The position numbers and the translations under genes are program-made. This document shows positions 9,193 through 17,871 of a DNA stretch of 64,000 nucleotides, in pieces. Each line of letters opens with the position of its first letter. Position 1 is the stretch's first letter. Below the pieces are notes generated by a model. It was not told the origin of the DNA and ran no database searches. It was given only the letters and a program-made list of their open reading frames with translations. This DNA is from Alphaproteobacteria bacterium. Its GTDB lineage: Bacteria > Pseudomonadota > Alphaproteobacteria > CAAHEQ01 > UBA3637. The stretch spans positions 56-64,055 of the forward strand of contig JAFXIF010000053.1 in NCBI GenBank assembly GCA_017533325.1, given 5' to 3'.

Positions 9193-9843
9193 ATGCACAC
9201 ACATGAACATCATTTAACAAAAAAAAATGAAAAGAAAACATTAACAGTTATCTTAATTACGTTATCAGCTATGTTTTTTGAAATTGTTTACGGGTATCTC
9301 ACAAATTCAATGGGATTATTGGCTGATGGATATCACATGATGACGCATGTTTTAGCCCTTTCACTCACTTATGTTGCTTATCTATTAATCCGAAAATTTT
9401 TAAACTCTCCGCTTTTCCCAAATGGAACTGAAAAAATCGGCACCTTAACTGCTTATACAAGCTCCTTATTTTTGGGATTGACAGGCCTGTGGATAATTTT
9501 CGAATCGGTTACAAGATTTATTCATCCGCTTAAAATAGAATTCAATGAAGCCATTTTAGTTGCTGTAATCGGATTAATTGTAAATATTATATGCATTTTC
9601 ATTATGCATGATAAACACCATTTGCATAAAAAAGACCATAATTTTATGGCCGCTTATTATCATATTTTAGCAGATGTTTTAACATCTGTTTTAGCAATTA
9701 TTGCCTTAATTATCGGCAAACATTGTAACTTTACTCAGCTTGATTCTTTTATCGGTATTTTGGGCGGAATTCTCATCTTAAAATGGGCATATACCTTAAT
9801 TTGTTCCACGACAAAAATTTTGGTTGATATGAAGGAAAATTAA
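9193..9843 (+). CDS. Cation diffusion facilitator (CDF) family metal efflux transporter, short form
   Basis: LLADGYHMMTHVLAL (TM2) and YHILADVLTSVLAI (TM5) are CDF signatures. At 216 aa it appears to lack the usual C-terminal cytoplasmic domain. Confidence 0.7.
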   Translation: MHTHEHHLTKKNEKKTLTVILITLSAMFFEIVYGYLTNSMGLLADGYHMMTHVLALSLTYVAYLLIRKFLNSPLFPNGTEKIGTLTAYTSSLFLGLTGLWIIFESVTRFIHPLKIEFNEAILVAVIGLIVNIICIFIMHDKHHLHKKDHNFMAAYYHILADVLTSVLAIIALIIGKHCNFTQLDSFIGILGGILILKWAYTLICSTTKILVDMKEN

Positions 9844-9848
9844 TTGAT

Positions 9849-10907
9849 TTATCTTTGCTTACTAAACACAATTGGTTTTTGAATCGGAAAAGTTTTTTTA
9901 AATTCGGAACTATTTAAAACCTGATTAAAAAACGCATTTGAAATCGGTTTATTTTGTTGCATATATTCTTTAAAAATCGGATAAACAATGCGAGTTAATC
10001 CATCAACTTCTTTAAAATTCGAATTAATCTTTTTCATATCCATCGGGTTAAAAGTCGGATCTTTTGTTTCTTTAAAAAATAAACCACAAGAATCCGCAAA
10101 TGCCTCATGAATAATTGCATAGGCAAAAGATTTAGGGGATTTTTTATTTTGACCCTCAAAATATTTTTCTAAATGCTGAAAAAGTTTATTTGCCGATGAG
10201 TTAGGGTTTCCAACTGCATCTTTTGAACTTTGAGAATTTTCAAACAAAAAATGTCCAAATTCATGAATCGGCGTTAACATTCTTCGCGTTAAAATACATG
10301 TGTCTTTAAAATAATTTGCTTCAGGTTCATCACGATTTAATGAAATATTTTGATGAATACACTCACTTGTTGAATACCCACTGTCCATCAATTTTTTTGG
10401 GAAATGATGTAAATAAAAATTCATCTTTTTTGACTCATCAACTTGAAAAAATGAATACATCTTATCAAAATAATCTGAAGCCTTCCATTCGCTATATGCT
10501 AAAGAAAGAGCTGATTTACTCTTCATAATCTCTTTTTTGTTCAAATCATAAAATTTTTTGTATGATTCATAGGCCTTTGTTAAATTTTTTTTATCCTCAC
10601 CATTTAATTGGAATATATCAACCATATCATCAATTAAATTTTCACCAGAATTGTAACGACCGGCGCAAACATCAGAACTCAATCTTGTAAAATTCTTCAT
10701 TAATTGAATTTTTTCTTCAACAGATAAATTTTGAATAGAAGGAACTGTCTTTTCCAATAACGGAATATTTTCACTCGAAAAAGTTTTTAATAGCTCAGAA
10801 AATGAAAAAACTCTATCTGTTGTCGGATTTATTAATTCATCAAACGCATAACTCCACAACGAAAAGAAACTAACAACCGGATCTGTTTTTATATCCATAT
10901 TCGCCAT
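9849..10907 (-). CDS. Hypothetical protein with HExxH zinc-metalloprotease motif
   Basis: TPIHEFGHFLFE contains HEFGH. No other family is recognisable by eye. Confidence 0.4.
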   Translation of the reverse strand: MANMDIKTDPVVSFFSLWSYAFDELINPTTDRVFSFSELLKTFSSENIPLLEKTVPSIQNLSVEEKIQLMKNFTRLSSDVCAGRYNSGENLIDDMVDIFQLNGEDKKNLTKAYESYKKFYDLNKKEIMKSKSALSLAYSEWKASDYFDKMYSFFQVDESKKMNFYLHHFPKKLMDSGYSTSECIHQNISLNRDEPEANYFKDTCILTRRMLTPIHEFGHFLFENSQSSKDAVGNPNSSANKLFQHLEKYFEGQNKKSPKSFAYAIIHEAFADSCGLFFKETKDPTFNPMDMKKINSNFKEVDGLTRIVYPIFKEYMQQNKPISNAFFNQVLNSSEFKKTFPIQKPIVFSKQR

Positions 10908-10974
10908 TATTGTTTCCCCCTTATATATTCAAACAATAATATTATATCATATTTTGCTATTTTTAGCAATAATG

Positions 10975-11715
10975 TTATGAATGAGCAAACATCACCACAA
11001 CTAACACAAAGATTTTTAAAATAAAATCTAAAATACCCATAAAGAAATCACTAATCGCCATTAAAATTGAAGAAGATTGCCATAAATTCAACAATGTTTT
11101 TCCCACTGTTTTTTCAGCAATTCTACCCATATACATCCCCATGGATTCATCATTGCCTCGTTGCCATTGTTTATTTTCATGAGCCTTAATCTGATCCTCA
11201 CTTAAACAACTTCCCATTCCGTATCGTTTTGTTCCATCAGGACAAATTCTTAAAACAGAAATCCAACTATCAGTCCTTTTAACTTTTCTTATCCATCTGT
11301 TTGAACAATTTTCATCAGATAATCCTGTAGAAGAAAACCAATCGTCTTTCCCTTCCTCTCTTAGATTATGTATTCTTTCTTTTATTTTATCATTTGACAT
11401 TAAAATAGCTTTCGTTTCATCACAAGAATAACAAGATAATGACCCACTTTTTAAAGGATATTGCTCTGGACATTCTTTTAAATGGCACACTGTTTTTAAT
11501 TGTTTACCTTCTAAAGGTTGAATAATTGAAATATCCCTATTTAAACAAGATCTACAGATATCTGGTTCTATTTCAAAAGATTTTAAACTCTCACATGAAA
11601 AACACTCGCCACTTAATGATCGAAGTGGTTCTAAAGAGGAACATTTTATTTCATTGGCCATTGATATACTTGCAAATAAGCAAATAAATAAAAGTAATCC
11701 AATTGCATTTTTCAT
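10975..11715 (-). CDS. Cysteine-rich secreted or membrane-anchored hypothetical protein
   Basis: Signal peptide MKNAIGLLLFICLFASISMA, many paired Cys (CSSLE..CFSCE..CRSC..CHLKEC..CYSC) and a hydrophobic C-terminal segment. Confidence 0.5.
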   Translation of the reverse strand: MKNAIGLLLFICLFASISMANEIKCSSLEPLRSLSGECFSCESLKSFEIEPDICRSCLNRDISIIQPLEGKQLKTVCHLKECPEQYPLKSGSLSCYSCDETKAILMSNDKIKERIHNLREEGKDDWFSSTGLSDENCSNRWIRKVKRTDSWISVLRICPDGTKRYGMGSCLSEDQIKAHENKQWQRGNDESMGMYMGRIAEKTVGKTLLNLWQSSSILMAISDFFMGILDFILKIFVLVVVMFAHS

Positions 11716-11832
11716 AGCAAAAACTCCTTTTATTTACTTATAATCTTTTTTCAATTAATGTGTCAATCGCTTGTTTTTATTATTTTTTTAAGAAAAATTT
11801 AATATCTATACAATAAAAAACGTCTAAAAAAA

Positions 11833-12546
11833 TCATAATGAACTTTCCTGTTCTATTAAAAGATCTTCTGCAAACTGTTTAAAAGTTTCAGATGCTTTAC
11901 CATAAAAATGATAATCAAACAAATCGGCATTATCTGATTTATCCAAATTAAATAAATATGTTTTTGCTCCATTTTCTTTAGCAATTTGAACAAATCCAGC
12001 CGCAGGATAAACAGATCCCGAAGTTCCAATAGCAATAAAAAGATTACACTCAGCTAATAATTTTTCAACCTTATTTAAGTGTTTTGGCATTTCTCCAAAA
12101 AAAACTATATTTGGCTTTAGCATACTCATCAGTTCACAATGGGGGCATACATTATCACTGCCAATATTTCCACATACTTTTGTTATTTGCCCGCAATTTA
12201 AACAAATACATTCGTCTATGCACCCATGAATATGATATATATTTTTATTTTTTGCCTTTTCATGCAATAAATCAATATTTTGAGTAATAATATTTATTTC
12301 AGAATCCAAGAGTTCAGATTGTAACATAGTAATTGCATAATGCGCTAAATTTGGTTGAGCTTTATTCATAATAGGCCTTAACTCATTATAAAATTTATGC
12401 ACCACATCTGGCCTATGCTCAAAAGCATCTATAGTGGCAACATCCTCAACTTTATAATTATTCCATAAACCATCAGCGCTTCTAAAGGTAGATAAGCCAC
12501 TTTCAGCACTGATCCCCGCGCCTGTTAGAATAACAATCTTTTTCAT
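11833..12546 (-). CDS. cobB: NAD-dependent protein deacylase, Sir2 family (CobB-type)
   Basis: GAGISAESGLSTFR, TQNIDLLHEKA, HIHG and a Zn ribbon CLNCG...CPHC are present; 237 aa. Confidence 0.85.
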   Translation of the reverse strand: MKKIVILTGAGISAESGLSTFRSADGLWNNYKVEDVATIDAFEHRPDVVHKFYNELRPIMNKAQPNLAHYAITMLQSELLDSEINIITQNIDLLHEKAKNKNIYHIHGCIDECICLNCGQITKVCGNIGSDNVCPHCELMSMLKPNIVFFGEMPKHLNKVEKLLAECNLFIAIGTSGSVYPAAGFVQIAKENGAKTYLFNLDKSDNADLFDYHFYGKASETFKQFAEDLLIEQESSL

Positions 12547-12696
12547 ATATATTCTCGCTCTTTAATCTTACCTATTATTAACTATACAAGAATATCAATC
12601 TAAATTCAATAAAGTCGTCCTTAATTTAAATACAGATAAAAAAACATCTTAATAAAATGTTATAAAAAACTGGCCTATTGGTCAGTATTTCCCAAT

Positions 12697-12715
12697 TGGA
12701 GCGAGTGAAGGGATT
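12697..12715 (-). repeat. Duplicated 3' end of tRNA-Gly (19 nt, 1 mismatch), in direct orientation with the intact gene
   Basis: TGGAGCGAGTGAAGGGATT at 12697-12715 versus TGGAGCGGGTGAAGGGATT at 12869-12887. Confidence 0.6.
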
Positions 12716-12832
12716 GCTCGCTTTAATAAGCTCATCCCTCTTTTTATTCGGGAGAGCCCTCTCGGGCGTCCGCTCCTTTTCAGTCGCGACTGAACCCACA
12801 GCTCGGATTCTTATCCTCTTTCCAACTTCCAA

Positions 12833-12867
12833 TAAAAAAAACCGGCCCAGTGGCCGGTATTTTTTTA
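12833..12867. terminator. Hairpin terminator immediately 3' of tRNA-Gly
   Basis: ACCGGCC-CAGT-GGCCGGT flanked by an A-run and a T-run. Confidence 0.6.
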
Positions 12868-12868
12868 T

Positions 12869-12943
12869 TGGAGCGGGTGAAGGGATTCGAACCCTCGACA
12901 TCAACCTTGGCAAGGTTGCGCTCTACCCCTGAGCTACGCCCGC
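12869..12943 (-). tRNA. tRNA-Gly (anticodon GCC), CCA encoded
   Basis: The reverse complement is GCGGGCGTAGCTCAGGGGTAGAGCGCAACCTTGCCAAGGTTGATGTCGAGGGTTCGAATCCCTTCACCCGCTCCA. It folds as a cloverleaf with anticodon loop TTGCCAA and T-loop TTCGAAT. There is one C-A mismatch in the acceptor stem. Confidence 0.85.
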
Positions 12944-13044
12944 AAATTCGATAGGTGTATTTATCGCATATTTTTTTTAAAAAAGCAAGAGTTATTTATA
13001 AAAATATTAAAAAAAATGACAATCATTTGATTATTATATTTTTT

Positions 13045-13551
13045 TTAACCATTTTGGTGTTGCTTTTTCCGACATAAAACTCTTTTGGATACATAAATTT
13101 TTGTTTTTGAGTATGTTAAATTATGTTTTTCAGCCGAATCGAGAGACCGTTGCTGATGTTTAGAATAAACAAGCGCTAATTTATATCCATGATGAAACCC
13201 TTTTAAAATTTCGGCATTCATTTTGGTTTCAGCTTTAAATTCGCGAACGGCAACAAGTTTTTTTTGCGATAAAAAATTATAAATTTGAAGTAAATTTGAA
13301 ACGCTTTTATATTCATCTTGATTCATAAAAGCCTTATTCTTTTGATTCCACTCAGATGCAATACAAAAACCGATTAGTGAAGCTTGTTCAAATGCTCCTT
13401 TTAAACTTTTTGTATTTTTAGTTGTAATATCAATTGTCAAAGCAAGCAAATTTTGCCATCCGGCACGATGAGAAAAGTCAAATCGTTCAGGATTTTTATT
13501 CATTTTTAAAAGAACTTCAAAAGCAATCATTGAACCGCCAAAAAAATTCAT
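13045..13551 (-). CDS. Hypothetical protein
   Basis: 168-aa ORF with no motif recognised. Confidence 0.4.
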   Translation of the reverse strand: MNFFGGSMIAFEVLLKMNKNPERFDFSHRAGWQNLLALTIDITTKNTKSLKGAFEQASLIGFCIASEWNQKNKAFMNQDEYKSVSNLLQIYNFLSQKKLVAVREFKAETKMNAEILKGFHHGYKLALVYSKHQQRSLDSAEKHNLTYSKTKIYVSKRVLCRKKQHQNG

Positions 13552-13691
13552 ATCACAAAATTACCTTTCAAAAAAATTAAAAAATAGAGGTGCACTTTAT
13601 AATTTTTTTTCACCAAATGCAACAAAAAAATTTCATTTTTTTTAATTTTTTTAATTAGTTATAAAAAAAATAAAAAGATGAATAAAAAATA

Positions 13692-13720
13692 TTGTTTTTT
13701 TTGTTAAAATTAGATACAAT
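13692..13720 (+). promoter_or_regulatory. Possible recA promoter (TTGTTT-N17-TACAAT)
   Basis: -35-like element at 13692-13697 and -10 TACAAT at 13715-13720. Confidence 0.35.
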
Positions 13721-13726
13721 ATATTA

Positions 13727-13741
13727 GAACATAAATAGAAC
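13727..13741 (+). promoter_or_regulatory. Alphaproteobacterial-type LexA (SOS) box, GAAC-N7-GAAC, upstream of recA
   Basis: GAACATAAATAGAAC lies between the putative -10 element and the AAGGAGG RBS of recA. Confidence 0.55.
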
Positions 13742-13757
13742 ATAAGGAGGATTTTTT

Positions 13758-14789
13758 ATGGAAAAAGATAAAGCACTTGAAGCAGCCCTCAGCCAAATTG
13801 AGCGCGCATTTGGAAAGGGTTCCATTATGCGTTTGGGCCAAAAAGGTAATGCCGTTGAAATTCCGGCGATATCAACCGGATCATTGGGACTTGACTTAGC
13901 TCTCGGCATCGGCGGCCTCCCGAAAGGAAGAATCATCGAAGTATACGGTCCTGAAAGTTCAGGTAAAACAACTTTAGCGCTTCATGTTGTGGCAGAAGCT
14001 CAAAAATCAGGAGGAACATGTGCCTATATTGACGCGGAACATGCGATGGATCCGATTTACGCCTCAAAGCTCGGCGTTGATATCAATCAATTATTGGTTT
14101 CTCAGCCGGATACAGGCGAACAAGCCCTTGAAATTGCAGATACATTAGTTCGCTCAGGAACAATTGATGTTTTAGTTGTTGACTCTGTTGCCGCCTTGGT
14201 TCCTAAAGCTGAACTTGAAGGAGAAATGGGCGATTCACACATGGGTCTTCAAGCTCGTTTAATGAGTCAAGCGCTCAGAAAAATTACAGCATCTGTTTCA
14301 AGAGCAAATACACTTGTAATTTTCATCAACCAGATTCGCATGAAAATCGGTGTTATGTTTGGAAATCCGGAAACAACAACCGGTGGTAATGCGCTTAAGT
14401 TTTATGCCTCTGTGCGTTTAGACATTAGAAGAATCGGAGCTGTTAAAGATAAAGAAAACACTGTTGGAAACCAAACGCGCGTTAAAATTGTTAAAAACAA
14501 AGTGGCGCCACCATTCAAAACAGTTGATTTTGACATTCTTTATGGAGAAGGCATCTCTAAAACAGGCGAATTATTGGATTTAGGAGTCAAAGCCGGTATC
14601 ATCGAAAAAGCAGGTTCTTGGTTCTCTTGTAAAGGTGAACGAATCGGGCAAGGTCGAGAAGCAGCGCGCACTTATTTAAAATCTCATCCGGAAATTGCTG
14701 ATGAAATTGAAAAAACGATTCGCTCAAATGCAACTGATTTATCCCGTCAAATGATGATAGCTGACGGCGATGATGGAAGTATTGAATAA
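13758..14789 (+). CDS. recA: Recombinase RecA
   Basis: [22 protein letters not shown]..., Walker [10 protein letters not shown], and overall canonical RecA. Confidence 0.97.
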   Translation: MEKDKALEAALSQIERAFGKGSIMRLGQKGNAVEIPAISTGSLGLDLALGIGGLPKGRIIEVYGPESSGKTTLALHVVAEAQKSGGTCAYIDAEHAMDPIYASKLGVDINQLLVSQPDTGEQALEIADTLVRSGTIDVLVVDSVAALVPKAELEGEMGDSHMGLQARLMSQALRKITASVSRANTLVIFINQIRMKIGVMFGNPETTTGGNALKFYASVRLDIRRIGAVKDKENTVGNQTRVKIVKNKVAPPFKTVDFDILYGEGISKTGELLDLGVKAGIIEKAGSWFSCKGERIGQGREAARTYLKSHPEIADEIEKTIRSNATDLSRQMMIADGDDGSIE

Positions 14790-14847
14790 TATATTGGGTA
14801 AAAGAAACCGTTCGCTCTCTCCCTCGGCGGTTTCTTTTTTTTGAACT

Positions 14848-15579
14848 ATGAAAACAAATAATTATATTCTTTCTTCTCTTATTTATCCTTTATCTGCCTT
14901 GGAAAATGATAATTTTTTATATATTTCCAGTGGTTTTTTATATAGATCAAAAGAAAAATTTTACTTTATTACTTCTCTTGGTAGCGTTTTAGGGCGATCT
15001 GTTCCTAATGGATATTTTAAGTTAAACAGTAAAAAAATTCCAACTCACTTTAAAACAAAATTTTCCGTCTTTCAAAAAGATTTGGTATCAATAAACAAGA
15101 AATGTTTTTCTGTTCACATTCCTCTTTATGACGATAATTTTGAATCAAATTTTTACATTCATCCCACTTATAAAAAAGAAGTCGATATCGCTGTTTTTCC
15201 CATTGACCCTCAAGGACAAGATTTAGTAGCCCTTAATGATTTTGACACCCTTAAAAAAGAAGAAGGTGAAGACGAGGTTATTGTTATCGGCTACCCTTTA
15301 TTTCCCAATGAATCAGACGATAGAAATAATCCGGTTTATGCAGAAGGCAAAATTTTGAAAAAAGAGAAAAATGTTTTGTTAATAAACACCACCAATCGCA
15401 ATGGATTTTTTGGAGCAGCTGTTTTCAAAAAAACAGATTTAAATCAAAATTCTTTTTGTTTTATAGGGGTATTTTCCGGCAATCATCCCTCTCCCATAAA
15501 AGAGCAACCTCTTGTTTGGGATAAAACACTTATCGAAGAAATTATACAAGCTCAATATAAAGAATCTTGTTTAGATTAA
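14848..15579 (+). CDS. Hypothetical protein, possibly a trypsin-like fold with substituted catalytic residues
   Basis: EVDIAVFPI resembles the Asp motif (DIAllkl). NGFFGAAVF sits where GxSGGPv would be, and ITSLGSVLG where TaaHVv would be. Weak by-eye similarity only. Confidence 0.3.
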   Translation: MKTNNYILSSLIYPLSALENDNFLYISSGFLYRSKEKFYFITSLGSVLGRSVPNGYFKLNSKKIPTHFKTKFSVFQKDLVSINKKCFSVHIPLYDDNFESNFYIHPTYKKEVDIAVFPIDPQGQDLVALNDFDTLKKEEGEDEVIVIGYPLFPNESDDRNNPVYAEGKILKKEKNVLLINTTNRNGFFGAAVFKKTDLNQNSFCFIGVFSGNHPSPIKEQPLVWDKTLIEEIIQAQYKESCLD

Positions 15580-17702
15580 TTTTTTAACTTAAACAATAAA
15601 CCTCCCGTTATTGGAGATACTTCTTTTAAAACGGCTTTCACTTTATCTCCAATTCTATATATTTTTCCTGTGCTTCGACCCATAAGAATTTGCGCTTTTT
15701 CGTCATAATCATAAAAATCACCTTTTAAATATCTCATCGGGATAAAACCATCCGTTCCGTATTGTTCCATTCGAACAAAAACACCAAAATCAGTGATAGA
15801 TGAAATACGCACCATAAATGCCTTTTGCTCTTTATTTTTAAGAAATGAAGCAATATATCTATCCAATGCATCTTGTTCGGCAGAGGCTGCTTGCCTTTCT
15901 GTTTGTGAAATATGAATTGTTGTTTTTTCAAAGTTATCCACAGCCTCTTTTGAAAGACCACCCTCGCCTAATTTTAAAGCATCTACTAAAGCACGGTGAA
16001 CCATTAAATCTGCATATCTTCGAATCGGCGATGTAAAATGAGCATATCTTAAAAGAGCCAAACCAAAATGCCCGATATTTTCAGGACTGTATTTTGCTTG
16101 CGATTGACTGCGCAATACAAATTCATTAATCGCAAAGCTGATATCTTTTTTTCTTGTTTTGGTTAAAATATCGTTAAAATCTTTTGGTTCAACAGATTCT
16201 TTTAAAGGGTTTTTAATAATATGCAATGATTTCAAAAAATTACTTAATACTTCCAATTTTTCATTAGAGGGCTTGTCATGAACGCGATACATAACCGGGC
16301 TTCTTTTTTCCTCTAATGTCTCAGCTGCAGATACATTAGCTAAAATCATCAATTCTTCAATTAAATGCATACTGGAAAGCATTTGCCGTGGATGAATGGA
16401 AATAATATTCCCTTTTTTATCTAATTGCACTTGCTGTTCAGGAACATCAATTTCAATTACACCACGTTTTTGGCGTTGTTTTTTTAACAACCCATAAACG
16501 TTTTTAAGCGATTCTATTTCTTTTTCAAGTCCGTTAATCGGCGTTATATTTTTAATAGCCTCTTCAACTTCGGGATATGTCAATCGCCTGCAAGATTTGA
16601 TAAGCGCCCGATGAAATAAATGTTTTTTCTTCACACCATTTTTATCAATCCATACTTCACAAACAAGAGCCGCACGCTCCTCATTTGGATTTAAAGAACA
16701 AACACCATTTGATAATTCAAAAGGAAGCATCGGAATCACTCTGTCCGGAAAATAAACGGAATTACCTCTGAGTTTTGCATCACTATCAACAGCTGTTTCA
16801 CACTTGACATACCAACTGACATCTGCAATAGCAACCATAATATGAAAGCCACCTTTATTTTTTTCATCTTGATCAGGTTCGGCCCAAACAGCGTCATCAA
16901 AATCCTTTGCATCTTCCCCATCAATGGTTACAAAAGGGATATTCCTTAAATCAATCCTAAACTTGTCCACAGGAGGAACAGTAAGGTTTTTAACCTCTTT
17001 TTCAGTTTGCTTTAAAAACATGACCGGTAATTTATGCATATAAATTGCCAAAATCGTGGCCGCAAAAGGGTCTTCCCAAGATCCCACTTTTTGAATAAAT
17101 TTGGCCACCGGCTCTTTGGTTCTGATTAACGGGATTTCAACCAAAAGAATATCTTTATTTTTAACATTTTTTGGAACATCTAAAAGTAAAAAAGATTGTT
17201 TTAAACGGCGATCTACAGAATAAACTTTATTATTTTCATAAACCCCAACCATTTGATTTTGATTGGCGGTTATTCGGCGAATAATTTCACCTTCATAAAA
17301 AAGTTTTTTTAACTGTTTTAAACGTGCTTGAACAATATCCCCAACACCAGCCGGTGGATTAATATTATTTTTCGTAATTAAAATTTGAGGGGTTTCTTTA
17401 TTTGTTTTCCAATCCAATGGACGGGCAACTAAATCTCCCATTGAATCTATTCCGGTAATTTCAATTTGCTCATATTCAGAAAGCTTGCCGGCAACATGAA
17501 GACGTCCTTTTCTGGTATCTGATTTTGAGATAAGCCCCTCTTCAGCTAAACTTTTAAGCATTTTTTTTAAGGCTTTTCTGTCATCCCCTTTAATTTTAAA
17601 ATCTCTGGCAATATTTCGTTTTGACACAACCCCTGTTTGTGCATTCAAATAATCCATCAATTCTTTCATTGATGGCAATTTTGAAAGGGATTTTTTACTC
17701 AT
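15576..17702 (-). CDS. rnr: Ribonuclease R (RNB family 3'-5' exoribonuclease with C-terminal S1 domain)
   Basis: 708 aa. RNB core motifs are present (DGEDAKDFDDAV, YFPDRVIPMLP, HFGLALLRYAHFTSPIRRYADL), with an S1-like tail. Confidence 0.9.
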   Translation of the reverse strand: MSKKSLSKLPSMKELMDYLNAQTGVVSKRNIARDFKIKGDDRKALKKMLKSLAEEGLISKSDTRKGRLHVAGKLSEYEQIEITGIDSMGDLVARPLDWKTNKETPQILITKNNINPPAGVGDIVQARLKQLKKLFYEGEIIRRITANQNQMVGVYENNKVYSVDRRLKQSFLLLDVPKNVKNKDILLVEIPLIRTKEPVAKFIQKVGSWEDPFAATILAIYMHKLPVMFLKQTEKEVKNLTVPPVDKFRIDLRNIPFVTIDGEDAKDFDDAVWAEPDQDEKNKGGFHIMVAIADVSWYVKCETAVDSDAKLRGNSVYFPDRVIPMLPFELSNGVCSLNPNEERAALVCEVWIDKNGVKKKHLFHRALIKSCRRLTYPEVEEAIKNITPINGLEKEIESLKNVYGLLKKQRQKRGVIEIDVPEQQVQLDKKGNIISIHPRQMLSSMHLIEELMILANVSAAETLEEKRSPVMYRVHDKPSNEKLEVLSNFLKSLHIIKNPLKESVEPKDFNDILTKTRKKDISFAINEFVLRSQSQAKYSPENIGHFGLALLRYAHFTSPIRRYADLMVHRALVDALKLGEGGLSKEAVDNFEKTTIHISQTERQAASAEQDALDRYIASFLKNKEQKAFMVRISSITDFGVFVRMEQYGTDGFIPMRYLKGDFYDYDEKAQILMGRSTGKIYRIGDKVKAVLKEVSPITGGLLFKLKN

Positions 17703-17871
17703 TTTAGCCTCCTTGTTTCTTTTACTTTAACATAAAAACAACTTACAAGCAAGAAGAAGCACTTTTTTATGTTAAAATAATATTTTAATCTTGTATTTAA
17801 GCTTTTTTTTTGATAAGAGTAAAATTATAAACTTAAAAAATTTTAAATTATTATAACAAACAGGGGGAAAT

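Noticed and set aside
11833-12546. The Sir2-domain protein as part of an anti-phage defence system (Thoeris or DSR-like).
   Set aside because: It is a short (237 aa) canonical CobB-type sirtuin with a Zn ribbon and all the deacylase motifs. It has no fused effector or sensor domains and no partner genes typical of defence systems.
12680-12868. Possible two-piece (permuted) alphaproteobacterial tmRNA, because of a tRNA-like ...CGCTCCA 3' end.
   Set aside because: - The acceptor-like end copies tRNA-Gly, not the Ala-type G-U acceptor.
- No tag reading frame ending in ...AA-stop could be found in any frame.
- No T-arm 5' strand is present.

A tRNA-Gly fragment explains it better.
12626-12932. 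Two overlapping track ORFs (95 aa minus strand, 84 aa plus strand).
   Set aside because: They run through tRNA-Gly, its terminator and the duplicated tRNA fragment, so they are artefacts of a structured-RNA region.
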